A stretch of DNA of 26,400 nucleotides. It comes from a virus (Duplodnaviria; Caudoviricetes). The stretch's first letter is position 1. The number at the start of each line of letters is the position of its first letter. A program made the position numbers and the translations under genes. Below the pieces are notes generated by a model. The model was not told where the DNA came from. It ran no database searches and saw nothing but the letters and a program-made list of their open reading frames with translations. Location: positions 1 through 26,400 of the IMG/VR virus record IMGVR_UViG_3300042505_000658; one strand, written 5' to 3'. This document shows, one piece after another, positions 16,088 to 26,117 of the stretch.

Positions 16088-18214
16088 ATGATCTTTAATC
16101 ACCATAGGTTTCAGATCTGGAACCAGAACCAGCATCCTTTTGTTCACAGTATGTCTGATTTTGGGTATGCAAACCCAAACCTTCCAGACGTTACAAATAT
16201 GCAAGGCGCGTTAGACTATCTAATCGCCGTTATTTATCCAAATGCTAAACCAGCCGTACCAACTCCAGCAGATCTTCCTCTCACAGGAAACACTCTTGCT
16301 GATTACCGCGTCGTAAATGATGACGGTGATGGAAAGTCGGCAGGATATCGTTGGGAACAACGCGAAGGCGAAGCCGCACCAAGCTGGCATAAAATCTATG
16401 ATGTCGATTGGTCTACAGATTCTATTTTGTCTGCATGGCAAAACCAGACTCTTGGATTTTATGTCCAGAAGATTGGTCATGATGATGCTGATGAGACTGG
16501 AACACCAATTACTGGTTTATATGCCGGACAGCGCGTATATGGCGGAGCATCGCCTAATACAAACCTTACACTGTCTGCAAATAGCGGTGACGGTGCTGGT
16601 CCACAGACTGGATTTGTGCAGGTTACAGACCATTTTAGACCGGCTACAGATAATGAATTATCTCTTGGAACCACAGACGAAAGATGGATGTCTGTATGGG
16701 CATACGAAGTTAATGTAGGAACCATGTCATTGTCAGGAGGATCTCTTACAGATTCATCCGGCGACATCAGCATGGGGACAACTAACCTAAATACACAAGG
16801 TGCTATTGCTGCCGGAACCACATCGATCACGGGCGTGGGTCAAATTATTGACAGCACTGGTGAGATTGATTTTGATACCGCAGATCTTCGTACACTAGGC
16901 GATATCTACGCTGACAGCCTTATCTTGACTAGCGGACTAAACTTGCCGTCTGGATCTAAGGTTGCAGATTTTACGTTTACTAATGGAAATATAGATTGTG
17001 ATACAACAAATGTTAGTTTAAATGATCTTAACTTTACAACCACTGGCGTAATTTATGCCGGTGATTTGTATTTAATGAACAATCTATATTTGTATGACAA
17101 CAACATACAAACAAGCGTTACTAATAGTAGCCTTAATATATCTGCAAATGGTACAGGTTCTATTGTTCTTGGAAGCACATTATTAACAGGATATCAAGTA
17201 AGTGTAGTTGATGCTCCGCTTATTGTGTCTGGTGCTACGTCATATTTGCAAGCTGGCGGCCTTAAAATGCAAGGCGTTGTGCTTAGTTCTGTAACTGCGG
17301 GAACAAACATTGTTCTGCAACCAAATGGCGGCAATGTAAGCGTTTCTAGCCATCTTTATCCAACGGGTGATGCGACAAGAGATCTTGGAGCAGGAGTAGC
17401 GCGTTGGCGCGATTTGTTTATAAGCCAATCAATTAAAGATAACACAAATACTTTCCCCATTTCTGATTTAATGAAACTAAAAGACGCCAATTACCGCGTG
17501 GCAGACAGAAGCCAAGGCGCACAGGTTGGCGATGCTTTGTTTTGGGACGGAACACAATGGCTTGCAAGTGCGCCGGATACAGAGATTGCTCATAGTTCGC
17601 TTGGCGGTCTTACATCTGGTGATGCAGGACACACGCAGTTTGCTTTGCTTGCAGGGCGTGCTGGTGGACAGGCAATTATTGGCGGTACTGCTGCTGGTGA
17701 AAGCTTAGATCTTGAAAGCACATCTAATGCTTCCAAAGGCTCTGTTCAGGTAAAAAGCGTTTTAAGGCCATTTACAGATGCTTCTTATTCTACCCAGTGG
17801 GATGGAACAGATTTAGGCGGAGCGACTAAGCGTTGGAGAGATATCTATTCTGCCGGACAGCACAAAGGCTTAAGGTTTGAAAATGTTGATACTTTGCCAT
17901 CATCTTCGTCTACGACGCCAGGTAAGGCTTATTATTTAACAACGGATCAAAATCTTTACCTTGATACTGGCCTAGCCATTAAACAAGTGGGCGGTTTTAG
18001 GGTATACTACGATTTGTCATGGAACGGTACAGATACGCTTAAAGACGTGACAGTTTCTGGTGCAGATGCGCGTTTTGCTATATGGCAGTTAAAAGATAAT
18101 AGTAATGATTTTGAGTGTATGTATGTTAGCATAAAAGCAACATCTGCAACCAATGTAAGAATAACAGTTTCATCACCGCTGCCAGCGGGAACATACAGAC
18201 TTGTAGGAGTATGA
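16088..18214 (+). CDS. Tail fibre/spike-like structural protein (708 aa)
   Basis: G/T/S-rich beta-repeat composition; three LGxxxxRWxxxY/F/W motifs; GDALFWDGTQW; AGGAG RBS. Confidence 0.7.
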   Translation: MIFNHHRFQIWNQNQHPFVHSMSDFGYANPNLPDVTNMQGALDYLIAVIYPNAKPAVPTPADLPLTGNTLADYRVVNDDGDGKSAGYRWEQREGEAAPSWHKIYDVDWSTDSILSAWQNQTLGFYVQKIGHDDADETGTPITGLYAGQRVYGGASPNTNLTLSANSGDGAGPQTGFVQVTDHFRPATDNELSLGTTDERWMSVWAYEVNVGTMSLSGGSLTDSSGDISMGTTNLNTQGAIAAGTTSITGVGQIIDSTGEIDFDTADLRTLGDIYADSLILTSGLNLPSGSKVADFTFTNGNIDCDTTNVSLNDLNFTTTGVIYAGDLYLMNNLYLYDNNIQTSVTNSSLNISANGTGSIVLGSTLLTGYQVSVVDAPLIVSGATSYLQAGGLKMQGVVLSSVTAGTNIVLQPNGGNVSVSSHLYPTGDATRDLGAGVARWRDLFISQSIKDNTNTFPISDLMKLKDANYRVADRSQGAQVGDALFWDGTQWLASAPDTEIAHSSLGGLTSGDAGHTQFALLAGRAGGQAIIGGTAAGESLDLESTSNASKGSVQVKSVLRPFTDASYSTQWDGTDLGGATKRWRDIYSAGQHKGLRFENVDTLPSSSSTTPGKAYYLTTDQNLYLDTGLAIKQVGGFRVYYDLSWNGTDTLKDVTVSGADARFAIWQLKDNSNDFECMYVSIKATSATNVRITVSSPLPAGTYRLVGV

Positions 18215-18215
18215 C

Positions 18216-20600
18216 ATGGCACAGATTTACGGCGAACTGATCAGAGCGCAGCTTCAGGTTTCTGCTAGTGATTTAACTAGCCCTGTGGTTGGCTTGGTTT
18301 ATTTCAACTCTACCACAGGTTTAAAGTGGCACACTGGATCTGCTTGGAAAGTAGCTGTAGATCTTGATTCTAGTCAGACTCTGGCTGGTAAAACTCTAAA
18401 CTCATCTTGCGTTGTAGATTCTGCCGCGTTGCCAATTGTTTCTTTGGCAAAAGGCGGTTTAGGAACAAGTGTTAGTGGGCTTGTTGGTGTTGTAAAAATA
18501 GCATCAGGAGCAACACAAGCATCTGTAGAATCAATCGTAAACGCAGACGTATCAGCAACAGCAGCTATTGATGCGACTAAACTTGCAGACGGATCTGTAG
18601 ATAACACAGCATTTCAAAAGCTATTCACTGTTGGAACAGATGCGGCAGGTGAGCTTGTTAATACAGACGGCACACAAACACTTACAAATAAAACACTTGG
18701 CACAGGATGCTCATTTGATCCAAGTGCATTGCCAGTTACACCTCCATCAAAAGGCGGTACAGGCATAGCAAATACTGAAAATGCGACATTAACAAGAACT
18801 GGGGATCACCCTGTTGAATTAATCACATCTTCAAACACGTCATTAATTCTTCCAACTTCAGGAATACTTGCAACACTTGATGGATCTGAAACACTTATTA
18901 GAAAAAGCGTTTCAAGCACCGCAGAATTGACCGGAGCGTTAAAGCTTCCTGTTGGTAACGCAACAACTGAAAGACCGGCTGGAACTGCCGCCGATCTTAA
19001 GGGAATGATTCGTTACAATGACACAGACGATGTTTTTGAAGGTTACAACGAACTTGCTGGTTGGGCATCTATTGGCGGTGGCGGTACTACTGACAGAGTG
19101 ACGCAAGCAAGCCACGGATTTGTAGTTGGCGATATTCTTTATCTAAATGGATCTATATATACTAAAGCAATTGCCACATCTGCGGCTGCGGCTGAGGTTG
19201 TAGGCGTTGTAAGTCGCATAATTGATGCAAGCACATTTGAGCTTACTTTGTCCGGAGAAATTACAGGTTTAACAGGCTTGACAGCCGGAGAAGTTTACTT
19301 CTTGTCTGCTGCAACTGCTGGTCTTTTGACTGTAGATGAGCCAACAGTAGTTGGGCAAGTTAGCGTTCCGGTTGGCGTTGCTTCTAGCACAACAAGTTTG
19401 TATGTAGCACCTAAGCGCGGATCTGTTGTTGGATCTTCAAACGTAAGAACTCAGATTGCTCTAGCAAATAATGCCACAACGACAGTACAAAACATTGCAG
19501 CATATGACGCAGGTGAATTGGCTGGCTGGGTTTCAATCCAAGCTAGTACACCTCTACGTTTCTACGTTGCAGCACAGTTTAGTAAAAACGGCGCAGGTAA
19601 CAATTTTAACGTCAGCTACCAGGTGTCAGGCGATACATTGGCAGGTTTTGTTGTAACAGCAACAGCTGGAGGCTTGCTGCAAATCACATTGCCAAGCATT
19701 ACTGGTTTTGCATCGGCAAGCATTAACTTTGCTTTAAACGCTCCTGCAATTGGAACAAGTTTCCCGCTGACAGTAGATAGCTCAGGCGTACAATTTCAAA
19801 AGATTGTTCCAAAAGATACATCAGGAATCAGCGTAAGAAATGCTGCCGATAGCGCAACTAACGTCTTTGTATCTAATACGGGAAATGTCGGAATTGGCAC
19901 GACAAGCCCACAGGAAAATCTGCACATTAGATCTTCAGCACCAAGGATTAGATTTGAAGATACAGATGGTGGCGGTTCTTATGCACAAATTTCCGCAAAT
20001 TATAGCGTTGGTGGAATATCAATTCAAGCTGACGCAACAAACGCCGCAGGAAACTCAGTTATAAGTTTTGACATTGATGGGAATCAAGTCGCATATTTTG
20101 ACGCAAATGGCAGGATATTGGTTGGGGCTAGTGCTGCTTCTGGAACAGCCGTAACAAGGTTTTATTCAAAAACAGGTGGCGGTACAACGTGGCAGTTCGC
20201 ATCTGGAACATCAAACTCAGGAAATACATTTTTCGTTTTAAATGGCTCCGATGTTGGAGTTTCTTTAACTAGCGGAAGTACATCTTGGGGGACAAGCTCA
20301 GATGAACGCGTAAAGAAAAACATTTTACCTCTTGAGCTTGGCCTTAATCATGTAAAACAATTGAAGCCAGTGAGATTTGACTATAAAGCAGACGAATCAG
20401 ATCAATCTGAACGTGTAGGTTTTATTGCTCAAGAAGTTCTTCCAGTTTTGCCTCACGCTGTTACTGTGCCAGAAGATTCTGAGCAAATGATGAGCTTATC
20501 TACAACTGAAATGATCCCAGTTCTTGTCAAAGCGATCCAACAATTAAAAGAAGAACTAGACGCCGCAAAAGCAGAAATTGCTGCGTTGAAAGGAGTTTAA
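18216..20600 (+). CDS. Tail fibre with C-terminal intramolecular chaperone (peptidase S74) (794 aa)
   Basis: SDERVKKNI...LKPVRFDYK...GFIAQEV...LVKAIQQL; also QTLTNKTL, KGGTG, GMIRYNDT..FEGY and GNVGIGTTSP fibre motifs. Confidence 0.9.
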   Translation: MAQIYGELIRAQLQVSASDLTSPVVGLVYFNSTTGLKWHTGSAWKVAVDLDSSQTLAGKTLNSSCVVDSAALPIVSLAKGGLGTSVSGLVGVVKIASGATQASVESIVNADVSATAAIDATKLADGSVDNTAFQKLFTVGTDAAGELVNTDGTQTLTNKTLGTGCSFDPSALPVTPPSKGGTGIANTENATLTRTGDHPVELITSSNTSLILPTSGILATLDGSETLIRKSVSSTAELTGALKLPVGNATTERPAGTAADLKGMIRYNDTDDVFEGYNELAGWASIGGGGTTDRVTQASHGFVVGDILYLNGSIYTKAIATSAAAAEVVGVVSRIIDASTFELTLSGEITGLTGLTAGEVYFLSAATAGLLTVDEPTVVGQVSVPVGVASSTTSLYVAPKRGSVVGSSNVRTQIALANNATTTVQNIAAYDAGELAGWVSIQASTPLRFYVAAQFSKNGAGNNFNVSYQVSGDTLAGFVVTATAGGLLQITLPSITGFASASINFALNAPAIGTSFPLTVDSSGVQFQKIVPKDTSGISVRNAADSATNVFVSNTGNVGIGTTSPQENLHIRSSAPRIRFEDTDGGGSYAQISANYSVGGISIQADATNAAGNSVISFDIDGNQVAYFDANGRILVGASAASGTAVTRFYSKTGGGTTWQFASGTSNSGNTFFVLNGSDVGVSLTSGSTSWGTSSDERVKKNILPLELGLNHVKQLKPVRFDYKADESDQSERVGFIAQEVLPVLPHAVTVPEDSEQMMSLSTTEMIPVLVKAIQQLKEELDAAKAEIAALKGV

Positions 20601-20601
20601 T

Positions 20602-21123
20602 ATGTCAAATAGCGCACTAGGCAGTCAATCAGTAGCACTGCTAACATTACCTGCCGGAACATTGATTGATTACGCTGGAACCGTTGAGCCTAGCGGATGG
20701 ATGCTTTGTGATGGACGTGCTGTGAGCCGCACAGTTTATGCGTCTTTATTTTCTGCTCTTGGAACTGCTTACGGAACTGGAGACGGATCTACTACATTTA
20801 ATATACCAGACTTCCGCGGAAGATTTGCCCGTTATATGGATAACATGGGCACAGCTCAAGGTGCTGCTAGTAGGGATACTGGACGTGTGCGTGGGACTGC
20901 TCAAACTCAGGCAACAGCTAAAAATGGACTTACAAATAGCAACAGCGAAATTAGAGCCGCAGGTTCACCAAGTGGCGGTGGAATTACATACTATGCTGCC
21001 GCTGGAAACAATGGATCTGGTACAAGTATTGGACCTATTGGAACGGCCTTAGCTCAAACAATTACAGGCGACGCAGAAACACGTCCTATCAACTTATCAT
21101 GCAACAAGCTGATTAAGATTTAA
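20602..21123 (+). CDS. Phage tail collar domain protein (173 aa)
   Basis: PAGTLIDYAG..PSGWMLCDGRAVSRTVYASLF..GDGSTTFNIPDFRGRF and C-terminal ETRPINLSCNKLIKI. Confidence 0.92.
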   Translation: MSNSALGSQSVALLTLPAGTLIDYAGTVEPSGWMLCDGRAVSRTVYASLFSALGTAYGTGDGSTTFNIPDFRGRFARYMDNMGTAQGAASRDTGRVRGTAQTQATAKNGLTNSNSEIRAAGSPSGGGITYYAAAGNNGSGTSIGPIGTALAQTITGDAETRPINLSCNKLIKI

Positions 21124-21132
21124 GGAGCAAAC

Positions 21133-21576
21133 ATGACACAAAAAACATTATTACAATCAGCGGGGGATGGGACGGCGATTGCGGCTGGGTATGTTAATGA
21201 ACTTTCCGCAATTTCTTCTGTAACTGCTATAGCGCCTGGAGCAAGTGGGGCATATAAATCAGTAACAAGCATAACGATTAATAAAGGTATCTATTTGGTT
21301 TTTGCAAAACTTGATTTTGAATTAAGCGCAACTGGAATTACAGGATTATCTGCAATAGGCGGAGGTATAAGCACTCAAACTAATGCTTTAGACAACAATC
21401 AGCAAAGGGTTTTAATGGGAACATCTGTAGCTACAAACGCAGATTTAACAGTAAGCCCACGCTATTTTTCTGTTTCCAGTGATAATACTTCTTTTTATTT
21501 AGTATCAAGAATTGATTATTCATCTTTAGGAACTGCAAAAGTTGGTGGTTTAATTTATGCGGTAAGAATCGCCTAA
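21133..21576 (+). CDS. Putative small fibre-tip / beta-sandwich virion protein (147 aa)
   Basis: AAGGAG RBS; beta-rich, with SITINKGIYLV and terminal IYAVRIA typical of fibre-tip domains. Confidence 0.55.
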   Translation: MTQKTLLQSAGDGTAIAAGYVNELSAISSVTAIAPGASGAYKSVTSITINKGIYLVFAKLDFELSATGITGLSAIGGGISTQTNALDNNQQRVLMGTSVATNADLTVSPRYFSVSSDNTSFYLVSRIDYSSLGTAKVGGLIYAVRIA

Positions 21577-22439
21577 TGCTAAAACTACTCTTTATAATTT
21601 TAGCCATTAGCTCATGCCAAAAGCGTGAGCCTAAAAAGCCGCAGCAAGTAAATGAAGCTGTTGTGGCTAAGGCTGAATTATATAAGAAGCTGCATACAGG
21701 CTGGGCGCATCAGGCTGGCTGTGATTCGCTTGGCTTTACTTCTCTTTGCAAGATGTCAGGAGGATGTGCTGAAGCAGATATCTACAAAGCTGAAGGTGAG
21801 CCAGGTCGCTGGTATCGCAATGAATCTCATCAATGCTATGACTTAGGCCAATCAAAGTCTGATATTTCTAAGGATATGTTTATCATGCTCTGGCCGTACC
21901 TTTATCTTAAAGGCGACAAGATAGCATTGCGCAGCATTTGGGACTATGGTCAAGCTAACGGATGGGTAATGGGCAGAGGCCCACTGTCACGCACTTATAT
22001 AGTTCCACCTCTTGTTTTAGTGTTACAGGAAATGATTTTAAGGTTATCTGTACTGCCAGAAGCAGTACCAGCACATGAAAATAAAGCTGGATATGAGAAG
22101 CACTTGGATGTCATGGCTATCTTTACGAGAGGCATTATGCGCGGAGGAATATCTGAGGCAGATTATGAGCTTCTCAGAGTTTACCAAAATGAAAGCCCCA
22201 ATAATGCTTTGGTCACGGCCTTGTATCACAAGTACAAAGATGGAAATCAGGACGAAACAATAGCCATTCTACTTAACACCAGCCTTTTTCCAGAAGATCG
22301 ACTTCCGAACGCAAAAGATCGCTGCGAAGAGTATCTCTGGCAACGTAATCCTGGCTCAGACTGGGAGCCTTGTGATTCTGACAAAACACACGACGGTGTA
22401 GACTATTTATTTGCGGCTTATGTCGCCGGACAACTATAG
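21576..22439 (+). CDS. Predicted lipoprotein of unknown function (287 aa)
   Basis: MLKLLFIILAISS-C14 signal with a lipobox-like end; six further Cys; TAATG overlap with the previous gene. Confidence 0.65.
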   Translation: MLKLLFIILAISSCQKREPKKPQQVNEAVVAKAELYKKLHTGWAHQAGCDSLGFTSLCKMSGGCAEADIYKAEGEPGRWYRNESHQCYDLGQSKSDISKDMFIMLWPYLYLKGDKIALRSIWDYGQANGWVMGRGPLSRTYIVPPLVLVLQEMILRLSVLPEAVPAHENKAGYEKHLDVMAIFTRGIMRGGISEADYELLRVYQNESPNNALVTALYHKYKDGNQDETIAILLNTSLFPEDRLPNAKDRCEEYLWQRNPGSDWEPCDSDKTHDGVDYLFAAYVAGQL

Positions 22440-22447
22440 GAGAGGTT

Positions 22448-22834
22448 ATGGCAACAACATTATCAAAAGGCTACATACTCCCAAACACAGGCGACAAGGG
22501 TTCGACTTGGTTTCCGGCACTTGAGCACAACATCACGCAGTTGAACGATCACAAGCATGACGGCACTACCAGCTTTAAAATACCAACAACCAACGTAGAG
22601 GCTGTTAAACAAACTTTAGCTGGCCCATGGGTTGTCGATGTTGCAGACACACGTTGGTATCAAGAGCTTACCTTACCAAATGACGCTAATTATTCTGATG
22701 TTGTTATCGTCGTCAAAAGCGCGGCTGGTGATCAATTGTTATTAGATGTTAAGGCCGGATCTACGGCAAAGAAATATAAAGTATACACAAACGATCAAGA
22801 TTTGACTAACGCCGTAGCTCACATATTGGTGTAA
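22448..22834 (+). CDS. Hypothetical virion protein (128 aa)
   Basis: GGAGAGG RBS; LPNTGD...W...N..QLNDHKHDG resembles fibre N-terminal anchor segments. Confidence 0.65.
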   Translation: MATTLSKGYILPNTGDKGSTWFPALEHNITQLNDHKHDGTTSFKIPTTNVEAVKQTLAGPWVVDVADTRWYQELTLPNDANYSDVVIVVKSAAGDQLLLDVKAGSTAKKYKVYTNDQDLTNAVAHILV

Positions 22835-22836
22835 TC

Positions 22837-25803
22837 ATGGTAGAGAAGATAGAGCTAGAAGACTTCTCTGGCGGCGTGACTGACTATTATTTGTCTGCGC
22901 CACCTAACAAGATGCGCGATTGTGACAACTTGTTGATCAATCAGTATCAAAACCAAGGCAAAGTATTTACTAGGCCAGGATCTGTTTTGTATGACAAGAC
23001 CGCAGATAGGCCGGATGCTAATAGGGCTACAACTTGTTTTTATTATAAAGACAAGCTTTATGTGCAAATTGCTGGAAATTTATTCTATTACAAGAGCACT
23101 ACAGTCATGGCAACAGCTTTAGTAGCTGGAGAAGTATATCAAATTACAGATCTTGGAAGCACAAACTTTGTTTTGGTTGGCGCAAAAACAAATGAAGTTG
23201 GAGTTTATTTTACGGCCAGCGGCCCTGGATTAGGAACAGGAAGCGTAAGAAAAGGCATATGGGAATTTGTTGATGTTCCAGACGATAATTTTGCTTTCCC
23301 AGGAACAATAAACGTGCCAGAAGAGCCGCCGCACCAATTTACATACGACAACTGGAACTATCACACTCTTATAGCCAACTCATCTCTTCCTGGCTATCCG
23401 ATGAAGGTTTTGCAAAATGGAGATTCTATTTCTCTTGTACAAGCCGGACTTCCAAAACCAGATAGTTCTCTTGTTCGTTTTGAATTTACAACGACAACGG
23501 TTAATGCTGGAAGTTTTATAGTAGGACAAAAATATGTAATAAAATTTGTTGGAACAACAAACTTTGTAGCAATCGGAGCATCAAGTAATACTGTTGGAGT
23601 TGAATTTACCGCGACCGGAGTTGGATCTGGCACAGGAACGGCAGATAAGGCTTGGAATTTAAGTTATCTATATAAATTTGTTTATAGAAGAGAGTATACA
23701 GTTGGTCCATATGATGAAAATGTATTGAATGTTTTTAATTTAAAAGAAAACAAACTTTACAGAATAAACTCTATTGGAACCACTAACTTTAAACTTCTTG
23801 GCGCAACAGATAATGTTGTTGGTTTATATTTTAGAGCAAATGGCGTAAACGGAGTTGGTCTTGGAGACGGAACAGTAACAGAAACAGATTCTGATTTTTT
23901 TGTAGATTTGGGTTCGCCAAGTTTACCAGCAACTGCAAACAACAAAGCAATGAATCCAATAGGCCCTTCTGCGGCAAATAGTGTGTTTATCGATTCGTTT
24001 TCAAATAAAACAGTTTTAGCTACGAATCTTGTTGTTGGTCAGAAGTATGAAATAAAATCAGTTGGAACTACTAATTTCACAACAGTTGGTGCTGCGTCAA
24101 ATACAATCGGCATTACTTTTTTTGCAACCGGAATAGGTACTGGTGACGGCACTGTTTATGAATTATTAAACACAACAGAAACAAACTTTGATGAATCTAA
24201 AATGTTGATAGACATATATAGAACAACAAATAACGGAACAAATTATTATTTTTTGACTACAGTTCCATATGGAACGATTTCATATTCAGACACAACATCG
24301 GACGAAGATTTAACATTAAGAGAGCCTCTTTATACAAACGGTGGAGTCGTTGCAAATGATCTTCCACCAAAATGCAGAAGCATACATATACGAAATGATA
24401 TTGCTTATTACGGCGGCATACTTGGCCAATCATACAGACTTTTGCAAGCTGTTCCTGGCGATATAGATTCTGTTCCTGAAACATTTTATGTCGATGTAGA
24501 CGATGAGATTGTTGCTGTATCTTCAACCAAAAATAACGTCATTATTTTGTGCAAAGAAAAGGTGTACAGGGTAGACGGTATATTTGATGAGCTTGGGCGC
24601 GGAGGAATGGTCGTAGAGCGTATTAGTGATACGGCTGGATGTATTGGTGTTAATACACCAGTTCAGGCTCTTGACGGCGTAATGTGGCTTGGCAAAGAGG
24701 CCGTTTATTTCACAGATGGATTTAGAGTTATTAAGCTAAATCAAGACTACGACAAAACGTATAAGAGCTTTACTGATTTTGATTCTAGGAATGTAAAGTA
24801 CCAAGGAAAATACGATAACAAGAAAAATCGTGTTTGGTGGACTGTACAAGACGAAGACGCTAGTGATTTAAACAAATGTTACGTCTTAGATCTCAACTGG
24901 GGAATCAGAGAAAACTCCACGTTTACTACTGTTACCGGAGACAGCTTTGCTCCGTCTGCTATTGAGTTTATCAATGGCAATATGGTTCGCTGTGATGTCA
25001 ACGGATACGTCTTATATCACCAAGACACGCTCTTTACTGATCCTAAAATTGGTAGTGCCGCGTCTGTTCTTGATTGGAGAGATGAGGTTATTGTTTATAA
25101 CCTAGAAACATCGTCTTATAACTTTGGAACATCTGCGGTCAGAAAATATGTCACACAGGCCAATGTTACCTGTGAATCAACTACCAACTTGTCTCTAAGG
25201 ATTGTGAGCAATAACGATGATGATCGTATTGTGGCAGACCTTTTGCCCATTAGATCGCGCGGCAAAATTTTGTGGGGTGAGCCAGATGTTTATTGGGGTG
25301 ATTATACCCTAGACTGGAATAAACAAGGGCTTATTCATGAAAAGCGTTTAATGCCAGCTAAAAGCCTTAGATGTAACTATAAAAGCCTTAAATTTACTAA
25401 TGCTCACGTTGCAATTGTATCAAGCGATATAATATCAAATGCAAATGTTAATTCTACATTAAAACACGTTACTTTAGTTGGTAAAATAATAATAGTAGAT
25501 GGCTTAGACGTAGTTGTTGCTGATAAATGGCCCACAAAATCTATTGGTTATTTTATAGCTTTTGAAGACGACTTTACCAAAGAATATGAGATCACTGGCC
25601 TGAGTGGCGATGAGAAAATCATTACCTATTCAGACCCGCTAGGAACGTCTTTAAACGGCTCAAACAAGAAGTGGGTAATCAGGGGCCGTCCTCTTGGCGA
25701 AGTCCTCAATTTGCTTAATTTGTCCCTTATTTACGATATTGCTGGGCCAAGTCAAGGAGCTTACAAAGTGTCTAATAGTGGAGAGGCGGGGACTAACCAA
25801 TGA
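22837..25803 (+). CDS. Putative tail nozzle / stabilization protein (P22 gp10- or T7 gp12-like) with four inserted repeats (988 aa)
   Basis: DFSGG...N......G...TRPG N-terminus, beta-propeller-like blades, ISDTAGC, CYVLDL and YNFG...RK typical of podovirus nozzle proteins. Confidence 0.7.
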   Translation: MVEKIELEDFSGGVTDYYLSAPPNKMRDCDNLLINQYQNQGKVFTRPGSVLYDKTADRPDANRATTCFYYKDKLYVQIAGNLFYYKSTTVMATALVAGEVYQITDLGSTNFVLVGAKTNEVGVYFTASGPGLGTGSVRKGIWEFVDVPDDNFAFPGTINVPEEPPHQFTYDNWNYHTLIANSSLPGYPMKVLQNGDSISLVQAGLPKPDSSLVRFEFTTTTVNAGSFIVGQKYVIKFVGTTNFVAIGASSNTVGVEFTATGVGSGTGTADKAWNLSYLYKFVYRREYTVGPYDENVLNVFNLKENKLYRINSIGTTNFKLLGATDNVVGLYFRANGVNGVGLGDGTVTETDSDFFVDLGSPSLPATANNKAMNPIGPSAANSVFIDSFSNKTVLATNLVVGQKYEIKSVGTTNFTTVGAASNTIGITFFATGIGTGDGTVYELLNTTETNFDESKMLIDIYRTTNNGTNYYFLTTVPYGTISYSDTTSDEDLTLREPLYTNGGVVANDLPPKCRSIHIRNDIAYYGGILGQSYRLLQAVPGDIDSVPETFYVDVDDEIVAVSSTKNNVIILCKEKVYRVDGIFDELGRGGMVVERISDTAGCIGVNTPVQALDGVMWLGKEAVYFTDGFRVIKLNQDYDKTYKSFTDFDSRNVKYQGKYDNKKNRVWWTVQDEDASDLNKCYVLDLNWGIRENSTFTTVTGDSFAPSAIEFINGNMVRCDVNGYVLYHQDTLFTDPKIGSAASVLDWRDEVIVYNLETSSYNFGTSAVRKYVTQANVTCESTTNLSLRIVSNNDDDRIVADLLPIRSRGKILWGEPDVYWGDYTLDWNKQGLIHEKRLMPAKSLRCNYKSLKFTNAHVAIVSSDIISNANVNSTLKHVTLVGKIIIVDGLDVVVADKWPTKSIGYFIAFEDDFTKEYEITGLSGDEKIITYSDPLGTSLNGSNKKWVIRGRPLGEVLNLLNLSLIYDIAGPSQGAYKVSNSGEAGTNQ
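23110..24156 (+). repeat. Four dispersed 46-49-aa coding repeats
   Basis: Copies at 23110-23247, 23506-23643, 23731-23877 and 24019-24156; consensus YxIxxxG(T/S)TNFxxxGAxxNxxGxxFxAxG..GxGxV/A. Confidence 0.9.
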
Positions 25804-26117
25804 CCTTTCCAAGGCTGCTTAGGCAAGAGATTGAAGATCAGTATGTCCAAGAGAACTTTAAAAGGCTTATGGACTATGGCAATGCCAATCCATTAGACAG
25901 GGCAAGCTTTCAATTTTTTTCAATAGATATTCCTAGTGCTGTTACTAACTTTAAGTACAGACATGGCTTAGGTTTTACTCCTCTTGATGTTATAATTATG
26001 CACAATAGTAATAATGCGGCAATTACATTAAACTATTCTAAATTCGATTCTAACGAGCTTGATATTAATGCGTCCGGCGCAACATTACTTCGCTGTCTTG
26101 TTGGGAGATACTCATGA
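25800..26117 (+). CDS. Hypothetical tail-associated protein (105 aa)
   Basis: ATGA overlaps at both ends; HGLGFTP motif common in small phage tail proteins. Confidence 0.7.
   Translation: MTFPRLLRQEIEDQYVQENFKRLMDYGNANPLDRASFQFFSIDIPSAVTNFKYRHGLGFTPLDVIIMHNSNNAAITLNYSKFDSNELDINASGATLLRCLVGRYS

Noticed and set aside
9814-24526. Many short antisense or out-of-frame ORFs inside structural genes
   Set aside because: They lie within long well-supported genes and have no recognisable motifs; expected shadow ORFs.
16088-25803. Diversity-generating retroelement or invertible fibre cassette
   Set aside because: No reverse transcriptase or invertase, and no near-identical template/variable repeat pair was seen in the window.
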